From: a virus
IMG/VR virus record: IMGVR_UViG_3300026484_000402
Coordinates: 1 to 64,000 of that record
Direction: 5' to 3' (one strand)
Length of the DNA stretch: 64,000 nucleotides
In this document: positions 1 to 7,741 of the stretch, piece after piece
Layout: each line of letters opens with the position of its first letter
Numbering within the stretch: position 1 is the first letter of the stretch
Translations under genes and position numbers: made by a program
Notes under the pieces: model-generated
What the model saw: only the letters and a program-made list of their open reading frames with translations
What the model was told of the DNA's origin: nothing
The model's database searches: none

Positions 1-73
1 TCAACCACAGCTTTCTGAACTCTATTACATCCATTATGTCTGATTCGACTTCTGTGAATAATTTATTTGTCAT
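1..73 (-). CDS. Hypothetical protein, runs off the window start (MTNKLFTEVESDIMDVIEFRKLWL...)
   Basis: ATG at 73 preceded by AGGAGGTG SD; open to the window edge. Confidence 0.6.
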   Translation of the reverse strand, partial: MTNKLFTEVESDIMDVIEFRKLWL

Positions 74-82
74 ATCACCTCC

Positions 83-322
83 TTATGGTATCCAGTATAA
101 AATATGGCCATCTTCATCGACATTAAAATTTTTTAAAGAGTCGATATATTTAAAATGAGGCCTCAACTGTTTTTTTATTTCTGTTTCATACTCGATAGAT
201 AACTCTAAATCTTCCACTACATCATTTTCAAGTTCAGAAATCAATTCATCATCTTGAACGTCCAACTCTATTTCTGTATAATAGAGACAAGGAATTGCAA
301 CTTTAATTTTTTTCTTTTCCAT
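83..322 (-). CDS. Small acidic hypothetical phage protein
   Basis: ORF with AAGGAGG SD. Confidence 0.75.
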   Translation of the reverse strand: MEKKKIKVAIPCLYYTEIELDVQDDELISELENDVVEDLELSIEYETEIKKQLRPHFKYIDSLKNFNVDEDGHILYWIP

Positions 323-945
323 TGAACCTCCTTTTAAATTTTTTACAACAGAATTAAAATATAGTCGTTTTTGCTATCTATCTCAAACGCTATTAAAAGA
401 AATCCCCCTTGTAAGTACCTACATAGCCGACACACATTAAAATTGCTTATACGGCTTTATTTTTAATTATTTGTTTCGTTAAGGGATAATTTTTTTTAAA
501 ACGCAAAATAAACATTTTTTTACATTATTTTCGGTTATTGCCGTTTTTTAGGGGTTTAAACTGGTTTACTCGAAGAGAGTTATATTTTGGATAGATAATA
601 TTTATTCATTTTCCCAAAAAATCATACTTTTATAAATTAGAGTATTTTCTCCTGATGCTTCTTCTTAGCTCTTTTCAACCCCAACATTAAAAACATAGAG
701 AGTGAACTATATTTTCCTGTTGAAATTTAGGCGTTATATAAAGTTCATTTACAAGTTATTATACAATACCATTTGCCTAAAATACGGAACATCTAGGCGA
801 TAAAATAATATTTAGACATAAGGTAGTGAAAAAAATGTTGTTTTTCTTAGGTAAGTAGATAAAATTAACAGGAATTTTATATGTTTTTTTGGGGTATTTT
901 TGGAATTTTTATACATTTTTTTACACATAATTATCTTTTAATAGA

Positions 946-951
946 TATAAT
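946..951 (+). promoter_or_regulatory. Sigma70-type -10 (TATAAT) preceded by periodic T-tracts; would drive the 25-aa sORF
   Basis: TATAAT at 946-951 with T-tracts spaced roughly 10-11 bp over 875-940. Confidence 0.55.
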
Positions 952-990
952 GAAAAAATTTTATAAAAATACATTTATTTTTTAAGAGCT

Positions 991-1068
991 AAAAAGAAAA
1001 AAGAGGGAGAAAATATTCCTCAAGGAGAAAGAAAATGGGAAAAATCTCAATATTGTGCTTGCTGGGCA
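991..1068 (-). ncRNA. Putative ~75-80 nt antisense sRNA (cis to the 1035 sORF; trans-complementary to the rep RBS/start)
   Basis: Extended -10 TGATATAAT at 1074-1082 (minus strand); ends in GAGG...CCTC hairpin plus U6CU5; contains TTTTTCCCATTTTCTTTCTCCTT. Confidence 0.55.
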
Positions 1069-1112
1069 GTATTATTATATCATTATTTTTTCTTTGTGAC
1101 AAGATATGTTAG
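1035..1112 (+). CDS. 25-aa hydrophobic peptide MGKISILCLLGSIIISLFFLCDKIC, type I toxin-like
   Basis: AAGGAG SD at 1022-1027, ATG at 1035, TAG at 1110-1112; one TM-like stretch; below the ORF-track size cutoff. Confidence 0.5.
   Translation: MGKISILCLLGSIIISLFFLCDKIC
1074..1082 (-). promoter_or_regulatory. Extended -10 promoter TGATATAAT for the antisense sRNA
   Basis: Perfect TGnTATAAT with no protein gene immediately downstream. Confidence 0.55.
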
Positions 1113-1313
1113 ATGATATAATACAGCAAACCAACTTAATAATGAAGATATTAATAATACAATTATTGCTTCTTCCTTTGTTATACTCTCTCCGCTTTCT
1201 TCTCTTATTTCGTTAAGTATTTTTTCATATTCTTGATTAAATATAAACATCCCCAACAATATTGCAACTATCACTCCAACAATATAAACATTAAACATCA
1301 CCATCACCTCCAT
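1083..1313 (-). CDS. Small two-TM membrane protein
   Basis: Two hydrophobic segments; start may be a few codons downstream (GGAGGTG-ATG). Confidence 0.7.
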   Translation of the reverse strand: MEVMVMFNVYIVGVIVAILLGMFIFNQEYEKILNEIREESGESITKEEAIIVLLISSLLSWFAVLYHLTYLVTKKK

Positions 1314-1427
1314 CTTTTATTTTGTAATACATTTTTAACAACTTCAACAACCTAAGGTCACTTTTGTTGATTTCTTGTATATTTTGTTTGCAAACTCTGC
1401 ACAAGCAATTACATCTACATTTTACTC

Positions 1428-1676
1428 CTACATATAAATTTCAATAACATCGGCTTCGTTCACCTTGGAAATATCCTCATTAGTTAAAACGCTAAGTAAA
1501 AAAGATTTTATTTTATCCTCTTCATTTTCCTCTTTAACAATTCTCATAATTAAGAAATTATCCCCAATAGGCACAAGTACAGAAAAAGAAATATCATTTT
1601 TTTCAGCGAGTTCAATAGCTTTAAATTTGTTTATGTTTTCTGGTAAATCAAAATCTACAGTCATATACATTTGCAC
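1428..1676 (-). CDS. Hypothetical protein
   Basis: AAGGAG SD; part of a tightly packed minus-strand operon. Confidence 0.7.
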   Translation of the reverse strand: MQMYMTVDFDLPENINKFKAIELAEKNDISFSVLVPIGDNFLIMRIVKEENEEDKIKSFLLSVLTNEDISKVNEADVIEIYM

Positions 1677-1679
1677 TCC

Positions 1680-1946
1680 TTATACATCAAGCCATGCTTG
1701 AATTATTTTTACATCATCTAATTCTTTTGGAGAATATTCTATACCATCTATAATCTTGTCGTCGTTACATTCCAAGTCCGACAACTCAAATTCAACATAT
1801 GGACCACTATCGGTTTCTCTTTCCATATAATTGCTGTGTTCCGTATTCTCCTCAAGAAACTTTTTTAAGCTCTCATAATCATCTTTGTCAATTACAAAAT
1901 ACGCCACTTTTGTTATAAAAGGTCTATATTTTTTATTTTCCATCAT
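1680..1946 (-). CDS. Hypothetical acidic protein
   Basis: Overlaps upstream gene (ATGA); SD present. Confidence 0.7.
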   Translation of the reverse strand: MMENKKYRPFITKVAYFVIDKDDYESLKKFLEENTEHSNYMERETDSGPYVEFELSDLECNDDKIIDGIEYSPKELDDVKIIQAWLDV

Positions 1947-2332
1947 AACTCCTTAAATAATGGTTTAGTTGTTGAAAGCTCTATAGCCCTGTCAATTATT
2001 TTTTCAGCATCACTCAAACGAATTATTTTAAATTGAAATTCTGACTTTATTTTTTTTAATTCATTCATAGCGATTTTCAACTTATTGTTGTCTTCAACCT
2101 CAATCACAATGTTCCCATTGTTAAAATCTACACTTACATATTTTCCGTCTTCAAACATTACAACTACATCTTCAACGCTTTTTGAAACCACATAAGAACC
2201 GTCTTTTATAAATTTCTTTAGATATTCTGTAGCAGCTAAAGAATTAAGTCTTGATAGGTCTATTTTCTTATCCGATAGGTATTTGTAGATTTCATTAAAA
2301 TCAAATTCTCCCTGATATTCTATTTTCGCCAT
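1943..2332 (-). CDS. Hypothetical protein
   Basis: Operon packing; GGAGG SD. Confidence 0.7.
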   Translation of the reverse strand: MAKIEYQGEFDFNEIYKYLSDKKIDLSRLNSLAATEYLKKFIKDGSYVVSKSVEDVVVMFEDGKYVSVDFNNGNIVIEVEDNNKLKIAMNELKKIKSEFQFKIIRLSDAEKIIDRAIELSTTKPLFKEL

Positions 2333-2333
2333 C

Positions 2334-2732
2334 TTACCTCCTGTTTTTCAAAAACTGTTTGGCTTCATCCAAGTCAGATAAAGACACAAGCTCTCCGTTC
2401 TTAACATAGAACCAGTGTCTCTTATCAACTTTTCTTCCGGTTTCAAGCCGTACTTCAATTACATCATTTTCAGAAATCTCTACATCCCAATCCTCTTTGT
2501 AAAACCTCTTTTTCTTACACCATTCCTTACCGTTTGACGGAACAAATTCCCTATCAACCTCATCACCACATAAAAACAACTTAGCTACATATGCAGGACC
2601 AAATTTAGGATAAAAACAACCATCAGTTTTAAAATGCACCCATTTATTTTCCCTCCTTCTCGCTAATTCTAGTTTGGCTTCATCTATTAACTGTTCAAGT
2701 TCCTCTTCTGTTAATAATTCAAGCTTTAACAT
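2334..2732 (-). CDS. Hypothetical phage protein
   Basis: Operon packing; N-terminal helix plus beta-rich domain. Confidence 0.7.
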   Translation of the reverse strand: MLKLELLTEEELEQLIDEAKLELARRRENKWVHFKTDGCFYPKFGPAYVAKLFLCGDEVDREFVPSNGKEWCKKKRFYKEDWDVEISENDVIEVRLETGRKVDKRHWFYVKNGELVSLSDLDEAKQFLKNRR

Positions 2733-3156
2733 CGAAAGTTCTTTTTTTTAACCTATCGTTAATCACTTTCCTAATATTTGCTTTCAACTCCTCACGCTCT
2801 TTTATTTCCTCGCATTTTTCCGTTACAGGCTCTAATTGTTTTTTTTCGGCCTTTCTTTTGATTTCATTTATTTCTTTATTAAGCTCTTGAACAGTTTTTA
2901 CTTTTTTATTTTTTTGATAACCCATCTCAACTAAAGCTTCTAAAAGTGCCTTGTTTGAAGCTTTAAGAGATTCCATCTCTCTTTGCATTTCAACCTTTTC
3001 TTTTAAAAGGTTTTGAGCCCTCCAATACCAATCTACTAACTTTTTTCTGTCCGATTCAATCTCTTCATTCTCCTTTTCCAGTTTTTTTATAACTTCAAGA
3101 GATTTGTTAAGTAGCTCTTCAAGCCAAGCGATTCTAGCTTTTAATTTTTTAGACAT
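2719..3156 (-). CDS. Coiled-coil hypothetical protein
   Basis: AAAGGAG SD; heptad-like E/K/L pattern. Confidence 0.7.
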   Translation of the reverse strand: MSKKLKARIAWLEELLNKSLEVIKKLEKENEEIESDRKKLVDWYWRAQNLLKEKVEMQREMESLKASNKALLEALVEMGYQKNKKVKTVQELNKEINEIKRKAEKKQLEPVTEKCEEIKEREELKANIRKVINDRLKKRTFDVKA

Positions 3157-3251
3157 AACATCTCCTTTTAATTTAGTTAACTAAACAACAAATTAAATTA
3201 AAATAGAAAAAAAAGAAAAAGGGTGCAGTGTTATTACCCAATTATATATAA

Positions 3252-3273
3252 CAGGAAAATAATATTTTTCCCG
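3252..3273 (-). terminator. Hairpin directly after the stop of 3274..3972
   Basis: Minus strand CGGGAAAA-ATATTA-TTTTCCTG. Confidence 0.4.
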
Positions 3274-3972
3274 TTACGCATAGACGCTTTGCAGTGATGG
3301 TCTTCTTTGTAAAGAAGGTCTTGTTTGTAAAGAAGGTTTTTTGCCTTGATTTCTTAAAATTGATTTTATTTCACTTAGAGCTTTATATTTTTCTTGAGCT
3401 CTTTGTGAGATTTCAGATAACTCGTTTTTCATTTTACTTAGTTGCGTTTTAGAATATCCGTTTAACGGCTGAGGCTGATTATATAATCTTGCTGCATGCC
3501 TATATTTTTCGTACATAGTTTTTCCGTTTGGATTTAAAGACTTCAAACTTTTGGGAGCTCCTCTTAAAGACTGTCTATTCATATAGTTTAAGACTTTGCC
3601 TGTCCCACTTAATTCATGTAATACACTTTGAAGTGCTGCTGTTTTTTTAAGCTTCCTGCTTTTTCTTTTTAAATAAGAATAACCTTTTTGTGCCCCTATT
3701 GTACCTACTACACCAAGCCCTATTCCTGCTCCAACTTTTTTTGCTGTCCCTTGAGATGCTTCTTGAGTAACTTTTTTAAGTTTGTTCTTATAACTAGAAA
3801 TCTCTTTTGAATGTCTCAATCTTTCTTTTCTCACAAGGTCTAACGCTATCTTTTTACCGTCATCATCCAAAAGCTCTATAGGGTTTTTAAGGTTTTCAGG
3901 TCTTGCAGCTTTTACTGCTTTGTATATTTTAAAAGGGTTTACTGTGAAAGCTTTTTTATATAGTCCACTCAT
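3274..3972 (-). CDS. Basic glycine-zipper protein with K-x-A sites, putative internal virion protein
   Basis: GAGIGLGVVGTIG segment; KKA and KTA sites; C-terminal PSLQ x3. Confidence 0.6.
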   Translation of the reverse strand: MSGLYKKAFTVNPFKIYKAVKAARPENLKNPIELLDDDGKKIALDLVRKERLRHSKEISSYKNKLKKVTQEASQGTAKKVGAGIGLGVVGTIGAQKGYSYLKRKSRKLKKTAALQSVLHELSGTGKVLNYMNRQSLRGAPKSLKSLNPNGKTMYEKYRHAARLYNQPQPLNGYSKTQLSKMKNELSEISQRAQEKYKALSEIKSILRNQGKKPSLQTRPSLQRRPSLQSVYA

Positions 3973-4000
3973 TTGCTTCCTTTATAAAACTGGAAATGGA

Positions 4001-4987
4001 CTATTTGTCCTTATTTCCAGCTACTGCTTTATACGCTCCATAACCAACTGTTCCAACTCCAGCTGCAGTTCCTCCTATAGCAAGCGCTTGTCTTTTTCTA
4101 ATATTTTTCAATGATTTTTTTGTATTTTCAACATCTTTTAATTTTGCATGATATTTTTCTTGGAATTTTCTGATTAATGGGTCTTTTTTATCACGACCAG
4201 TCTCTCTAAGTTTTTTAAATGCTGCTGTTCCATCTTGCTCACCAGTTAAGAGTTTTGCTCTGTTATACATAACTTTTTTTGCTGCTTCTAAATTGTTTGT
4301 TTCTTTTGATAATCTACTTTTTACTTTATCTGCTCCTTTTCCTGTTAAAGCAGATTTGTAAGAATTCCAAGCGCCTTTCACTCTTCTCTTAATAGCCTTC
4401 CCTGCAGCGCCTATCACTCTATCTGCTAATCGCACTTCATTTTCAGATATTTTGGCTTCTTTTATAAGAGCTAAAGCTTCTTCAGGCAATAATCCAGTTT
4501 CAGCATAAATAGCTTCCGCAACTTTTTCTGCAAATTCGAGGTGCTCATCAGTATATCCAAGAGCAACTGCTTCACTAGCAACTTTTTCATCTACACTTCC
4601 ATCATCGTAAATAGATGACGCAAGGACCATAGCATCTTCAAAAGGCATTCCAGCTTCTTCAACATATATAGCATATTCTGCAACTTTATCCATCAAATCC
4701 TCTGCTCCTGCTGAAATTTCTTCAGCAACCTTAATCATATCTTCATCAACTCCACCAAGAAATTCTGCAACTTCAACAAGTGCTGCACTTTGTTCTGGAG
4801 TTAGTTCGTTTTCTACAACGCTTGCAACTTTTTCATTAAGAACATTCCCTTGCTCATCAGTTAAAGCAAGTGTAACAAGACCTCCTATAGGGTCAACTCC
4901 ATATGCTTCCAAATAATCCATTGCTTCAGCGACTTTTTCAATCATGTCTTCAGTCTGATAACCAGCTAGTTTTAATAAATTAGCCAT
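4001..4987 (-). CDS. Acidic KVA-repeat N-terminal region plus basic glycine-zipper C-terminus; putative processed head/ejection protein
   Basis: 8 K-x-A sites in the first ~180 aa; C-terminal LAIGGTAAGVGTVGYGAY; shares a domain with 39607..40245. Confidence 0.65.
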   Translation of the reverse strand: MANLLKLAGYQTEDMIEKVAEAMDYLEAYGVDPIGGLVTLALTDEQGNVLNEKVASVVENELTPEQSAALVEVAEFLGGVDEDMIKVAEEISAGAEDLMDKVAEYAIYVEEAGMPFEDAMVLASSIYDDGSVDEKVASEAVALGYTDEHLEFAEKVAEAIYAETGLLPEEALALIKEAKISENEVRLADRVIGAAGKAIKRRVKGAWNSYKSALTGKGADKVKSRLSKETNNLEAAKKVMYNRAKLLTGEQDGTAAFKKLRETGRDKKDPLIRKFQEKYHAKLKDVENTKKSLKNIRKRQALAIGGTAAGVGTVGYGAYKAVAGNKDK

Positions 4988-5048
4988 TTATTCTCCTTTG
5001 TTAGTTTTTATTTTTCTAATTGTATTCTAAAAAAAAAATATTGTCAAA

Positions 5049-6800
5049 TTATTGTTGAACATTTCCGTTTTGAGATTGTGTTTTTTGTTTCTGGTCTAAA
5101 AATTCCATTCTCCATTTTACGACCGCATATAAAACAGGATTTTCTTTAGAAAGTTCATCAAGTTTTGATTTTCTAACTCCGTAATCCATATTTTGAAGCT
5201 GCTGAACATAAGTGTCTGCTTCTTGAATAATTGCCGTTTGATTTATATTCCATGCGGAAGAGTTTTCCATCATTGATTCTTGTTTTATTTTATCTTCAAG
5301 CGAAGTAGCTACATCCTGTTGATACCTTTGTAATTCTAATTGTCTTCTTATATCCTCTTTCTGTTCTTCCATCATTCTTTCTTGCTCTTTATGATAATCT
5401 AAATCAAAAAAGTCAAGCGCTGTATGTCCAGAAACTTTTCCTGCTTGAAGAAGATTTAACATATTTTGCTTATCAGCTACATCATCAATAAGTTTTATAG
5501 GAACTAATTTAACTTTAATTTGTTCTTTATTTATTCTATTAGCTATTTGTTTTATAATAAAATTAGCTACCTGTTCTAAGGATTTAGTTAATTCTATTAA
5601 TTGATTTTGTAAAACTCTAAGCGAAGCACCTGCTCCTGAATAACTTAAACCTCCTTTTACAAACTCAGGCGGGACTCCTATAGCCGTCATAATCATAGTT
5701 GAGTACGCATCTATCTCTTGAGATAATTCAAGGTTTTTACCTTCACCAAATAAATTTATAGGCTCTAGCGGAATTGGGAAAAACTTAATAGCAGTAGGGT
5801 CTTTTTTCCAGCTTTTAAGCAAAGATTCAACCTTGTTTTTTAAATCACTGCCACCCATATAATTGTATATAGGCTGTTGGTCAACCCCCTGAACTCTCGG
5901 AACTAATCCACGTAATGGAAGTATCATATCTGAATATATCTTTTCATTCATCTTTCTTAACAACAACAATGAAATCATATCAGGTATAGCTGAAGTAAGC
6001 ATAGGAATACCCCACGATGTATTAGTTGAATTGAATTTTCTATTTCTGACATGCAAAACACTTGATTCGTTAAATTTTATTTTTCCATTAGTAAGAGAAG
6101 CTATTATTATATCTCTTGGTAAATTAAACAGCTTATCTTTATTTCCGTTTTTTATAAGCTCTTTATCTGATTCTGACGGATTATAATATATTGTTTTGAC
6201 ACCGGTTATTTCATCTTCATATAAATCTATATTATTTACAGGCCAAGATATTATTTTCATTTTAGATAAATCTTCTATTGGCCTATCCGATATTGTAAAA
6301 ACTGTTTCTTTTTTACATGCAGGACAAGTTCCCAAAAACACAAGCTCCTTGTTTCTAACTTCCGGCACAAGTTTTACATCTTCAACGTTTCTTCTCTTAA
6401 ATTTAGTTTCGCAAAATGAACAAGTTATAGTTCTGTCTATTGGAAAATTAACTGAGATAAACTGGTTTGCATATAAAAGAAAATTAAATCCTATTTCTTT
6501 TAATCTTTCTATAATTCCAACTTCATCTTCTAAAATACTTTTCCAGCTTAAAGCATCATCTTGTGATAATTCAGTTAAATCATTTGACAAATAAGAAAGA
6601 CTTGTGATTGAGATTGAAGCCATTTTATCTAATGCCGACTGAACCATTGGAACATTAGCTGTAATAAAATTAACCCATTTAAACACTTCTTTTATATCAT
6701 TAGGTAACACATACTGATATATTGAAGATAAATAATTGTACTTCTTTAAAAAACTAGTATCATAAAATTCAGTGTTTATCTTTGTGAAAGATGGTGTCAT
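5049..6800 (-). CDS. Phage portal protein with Zn-ribbon insertion
   Basis: 583 aa; VLHVR...WGIPML and AIGVPPEFVKGGLSYSGA portal-like motifs; CSFC...CPAC insertion. Confidence 0.75.
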   Translation of the reverse strand: MTPSFTKINTEFYDTSFLKKYNYLSSIYQYVLPNDIKEVFKWVNFITANVPMVQSALDKMASISITSLSYLSNDLTELSQDDALSWKSILEDEVGIIERLKEIGFNFLLYANQFISVNFPIDRTITCSFCETKFKRRNVEDVKLVPEVRNKELVFLGTCPACKKETVFTISDRPIEDLSKMKIISWPVNNIDLYEDEITGVKTIYYNPSESDKELIKNGNKDKLFNLPRDIIIASLTNGKIKFNESSVLHVRNRKFNSTNTSWGIPMLTSAIPDMISLLLLRKMNEKIYSDMILPLRGLVPRVQGVDQQPIYNYMGGSDLKNKVESLLKSWKKDPTAIKFFPIPLEPINLFGEGKNLELSQEIDAYSTMIMTAIGVPPEFVKGGLSYSGAGASLRVLQNQLIELTKSLEQVANFIIKQIANRINKEQIKVKLVPIKLIDDVADKQNMLNLLQAGKVSGHTALDFFDLDYHKEQERMMEEQKEDIRRQLELQRYQQDVATSLEDKIKQESMMENSSAWNINQTAIIQEADTYVQQLQNMDYGVRKSKLDELSKENPVLYAVVKWRMEFLDQKQKTQSQNGNVQQ

Positions 6801-6829
6801 TTCCGTCCTTTGTGTTTTCTTATTTTAAC

Positions 6830-6838
6830 ATTATATCA
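6830..6838 (-). promoter_or_regulatory. Extended -10 TGATATAAT upstream of the portal gene
   Basis: Perfect TGnTATAAT ~30 nt before the ATG, with AAAGG SD. Confidence 0.6.
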
Positions 6839-7606
6839 GTTTTCAATGTTTTTTTCATCAATTTCGGCATTCTCTATATCCACATCTATTACATCTAACT
6901 GCAAATTCCATTGCTCTTTTTGTATAACTTCGTCATTAAGTTTAACAAGGTAATTTTTAATTTCATCAAACGTGTTTCCACCAGATGTTTGAGTTGAAGC
7001 TTTTTGAATGTCTAATGCCGCACTTATTAGCTGCTTACCGCTTCTTATATGATTTTCTACTTCATCGGGTTTAAGCATAAAACTCTTTTCAACATATTTA
7101 AAATACATATCCATAAAAGTTGCTTTCATTACATCGTCTATAGCTATTTGTGATGTATTCAAAGCAAATTTCCATTCTATATATTTATAACCAAACGTAT
7201 GAGCGCTTTTAAGTATTACTCCAAGTTCTCTAAACTTTTCATTATCATGATAAATCAATTGTTTAAAAAAATTAATTTTCCCAAATACGCCTCTAAATTT
7301 TTTTACATTAAAAAAAAACATCTCAAATAATTCAATTGCTCTTACAGAAACTCCCATATATTCAGCTATTTTATCATAGGGAGCATTTGTAAAAAGCATT
7401 GATGCAACAAACATAAAATTCAAACTGTTTTCTTCTAAATATAAAATTTCATCAGCTATTTTAGATATTTTAACTGGTTTTTTTTTATTTTTAGGACATT
7501 TTATTGAAGCTATTTCTTTATAGTATTTAAGAGCTTTTTTTTGAACAACAATTCCATCTTTAATACAATAATTTTCATCAAACGCACTAATTTCTGGTAC
7601 TATCAA
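6836..7606 (-). CDS. HTH-containing protein upstream of portal (possible small terminase-like protein)
   Basis: YDKIAEYMGVSVRAIELF HTH-like segment; gene position. Confidence 0.4.
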   Translation of the reverse strand: MIVPEISAFDENYCIKDGIVVQKKALKYYKEIASIKCPKNKKKPVKISKIADEILYLEENSLNFMFVASMLFTNAPYDKIAEYMGVSVRAIELFEMFFFNVKKFRGVFGKINFFKQLIYHDNEKFRELGVILKSAHTFGYKYIEWKFALNTSQIAIDDVMKATFMDMYFKYVEKSFMLKPDEVENHIRSGKQLISAALDIQKASTQTSGGNTFDEIKNYLVKLNDEVIQKEQWNLQLDVIDVDIENAEIDEKNIEN

Positions 7607-7629
7607 ATAAAACGCCTTCTTTTTGGGTA

Positions 7630-7638
7630 ATTATAACA
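7630..7638 (-). promoter_or_regulatory. Extended -10 TGTTATAAT
   Basis: Upstream of the 7606 TTG start; flanked by CCT9G / CAAAAAGAAGG arms. Confidence 0.55.
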
Positions 7639-7741
7639 AAAAAAAAGGAATCAGCGAATTTTCGAGAGGAACAAGAGTTTTTTTCTATTTGCCTAAGCAT
7701 AAAATATTGTAAACGCTTTCTTGTTTAAAATGAAAGGCATT

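Noticed and set aside
1314-1427. Small gene between 1313 and 1428
   Set aside because: The SD-linked ATG is followed immediately by TAG; at most a remnant
7641-7740. Second sRNA with an anti-SD-like CTTGTTCCTCTC segment
   Set aside because: Only a short partial match to the ssb RBS and no convincing terminator
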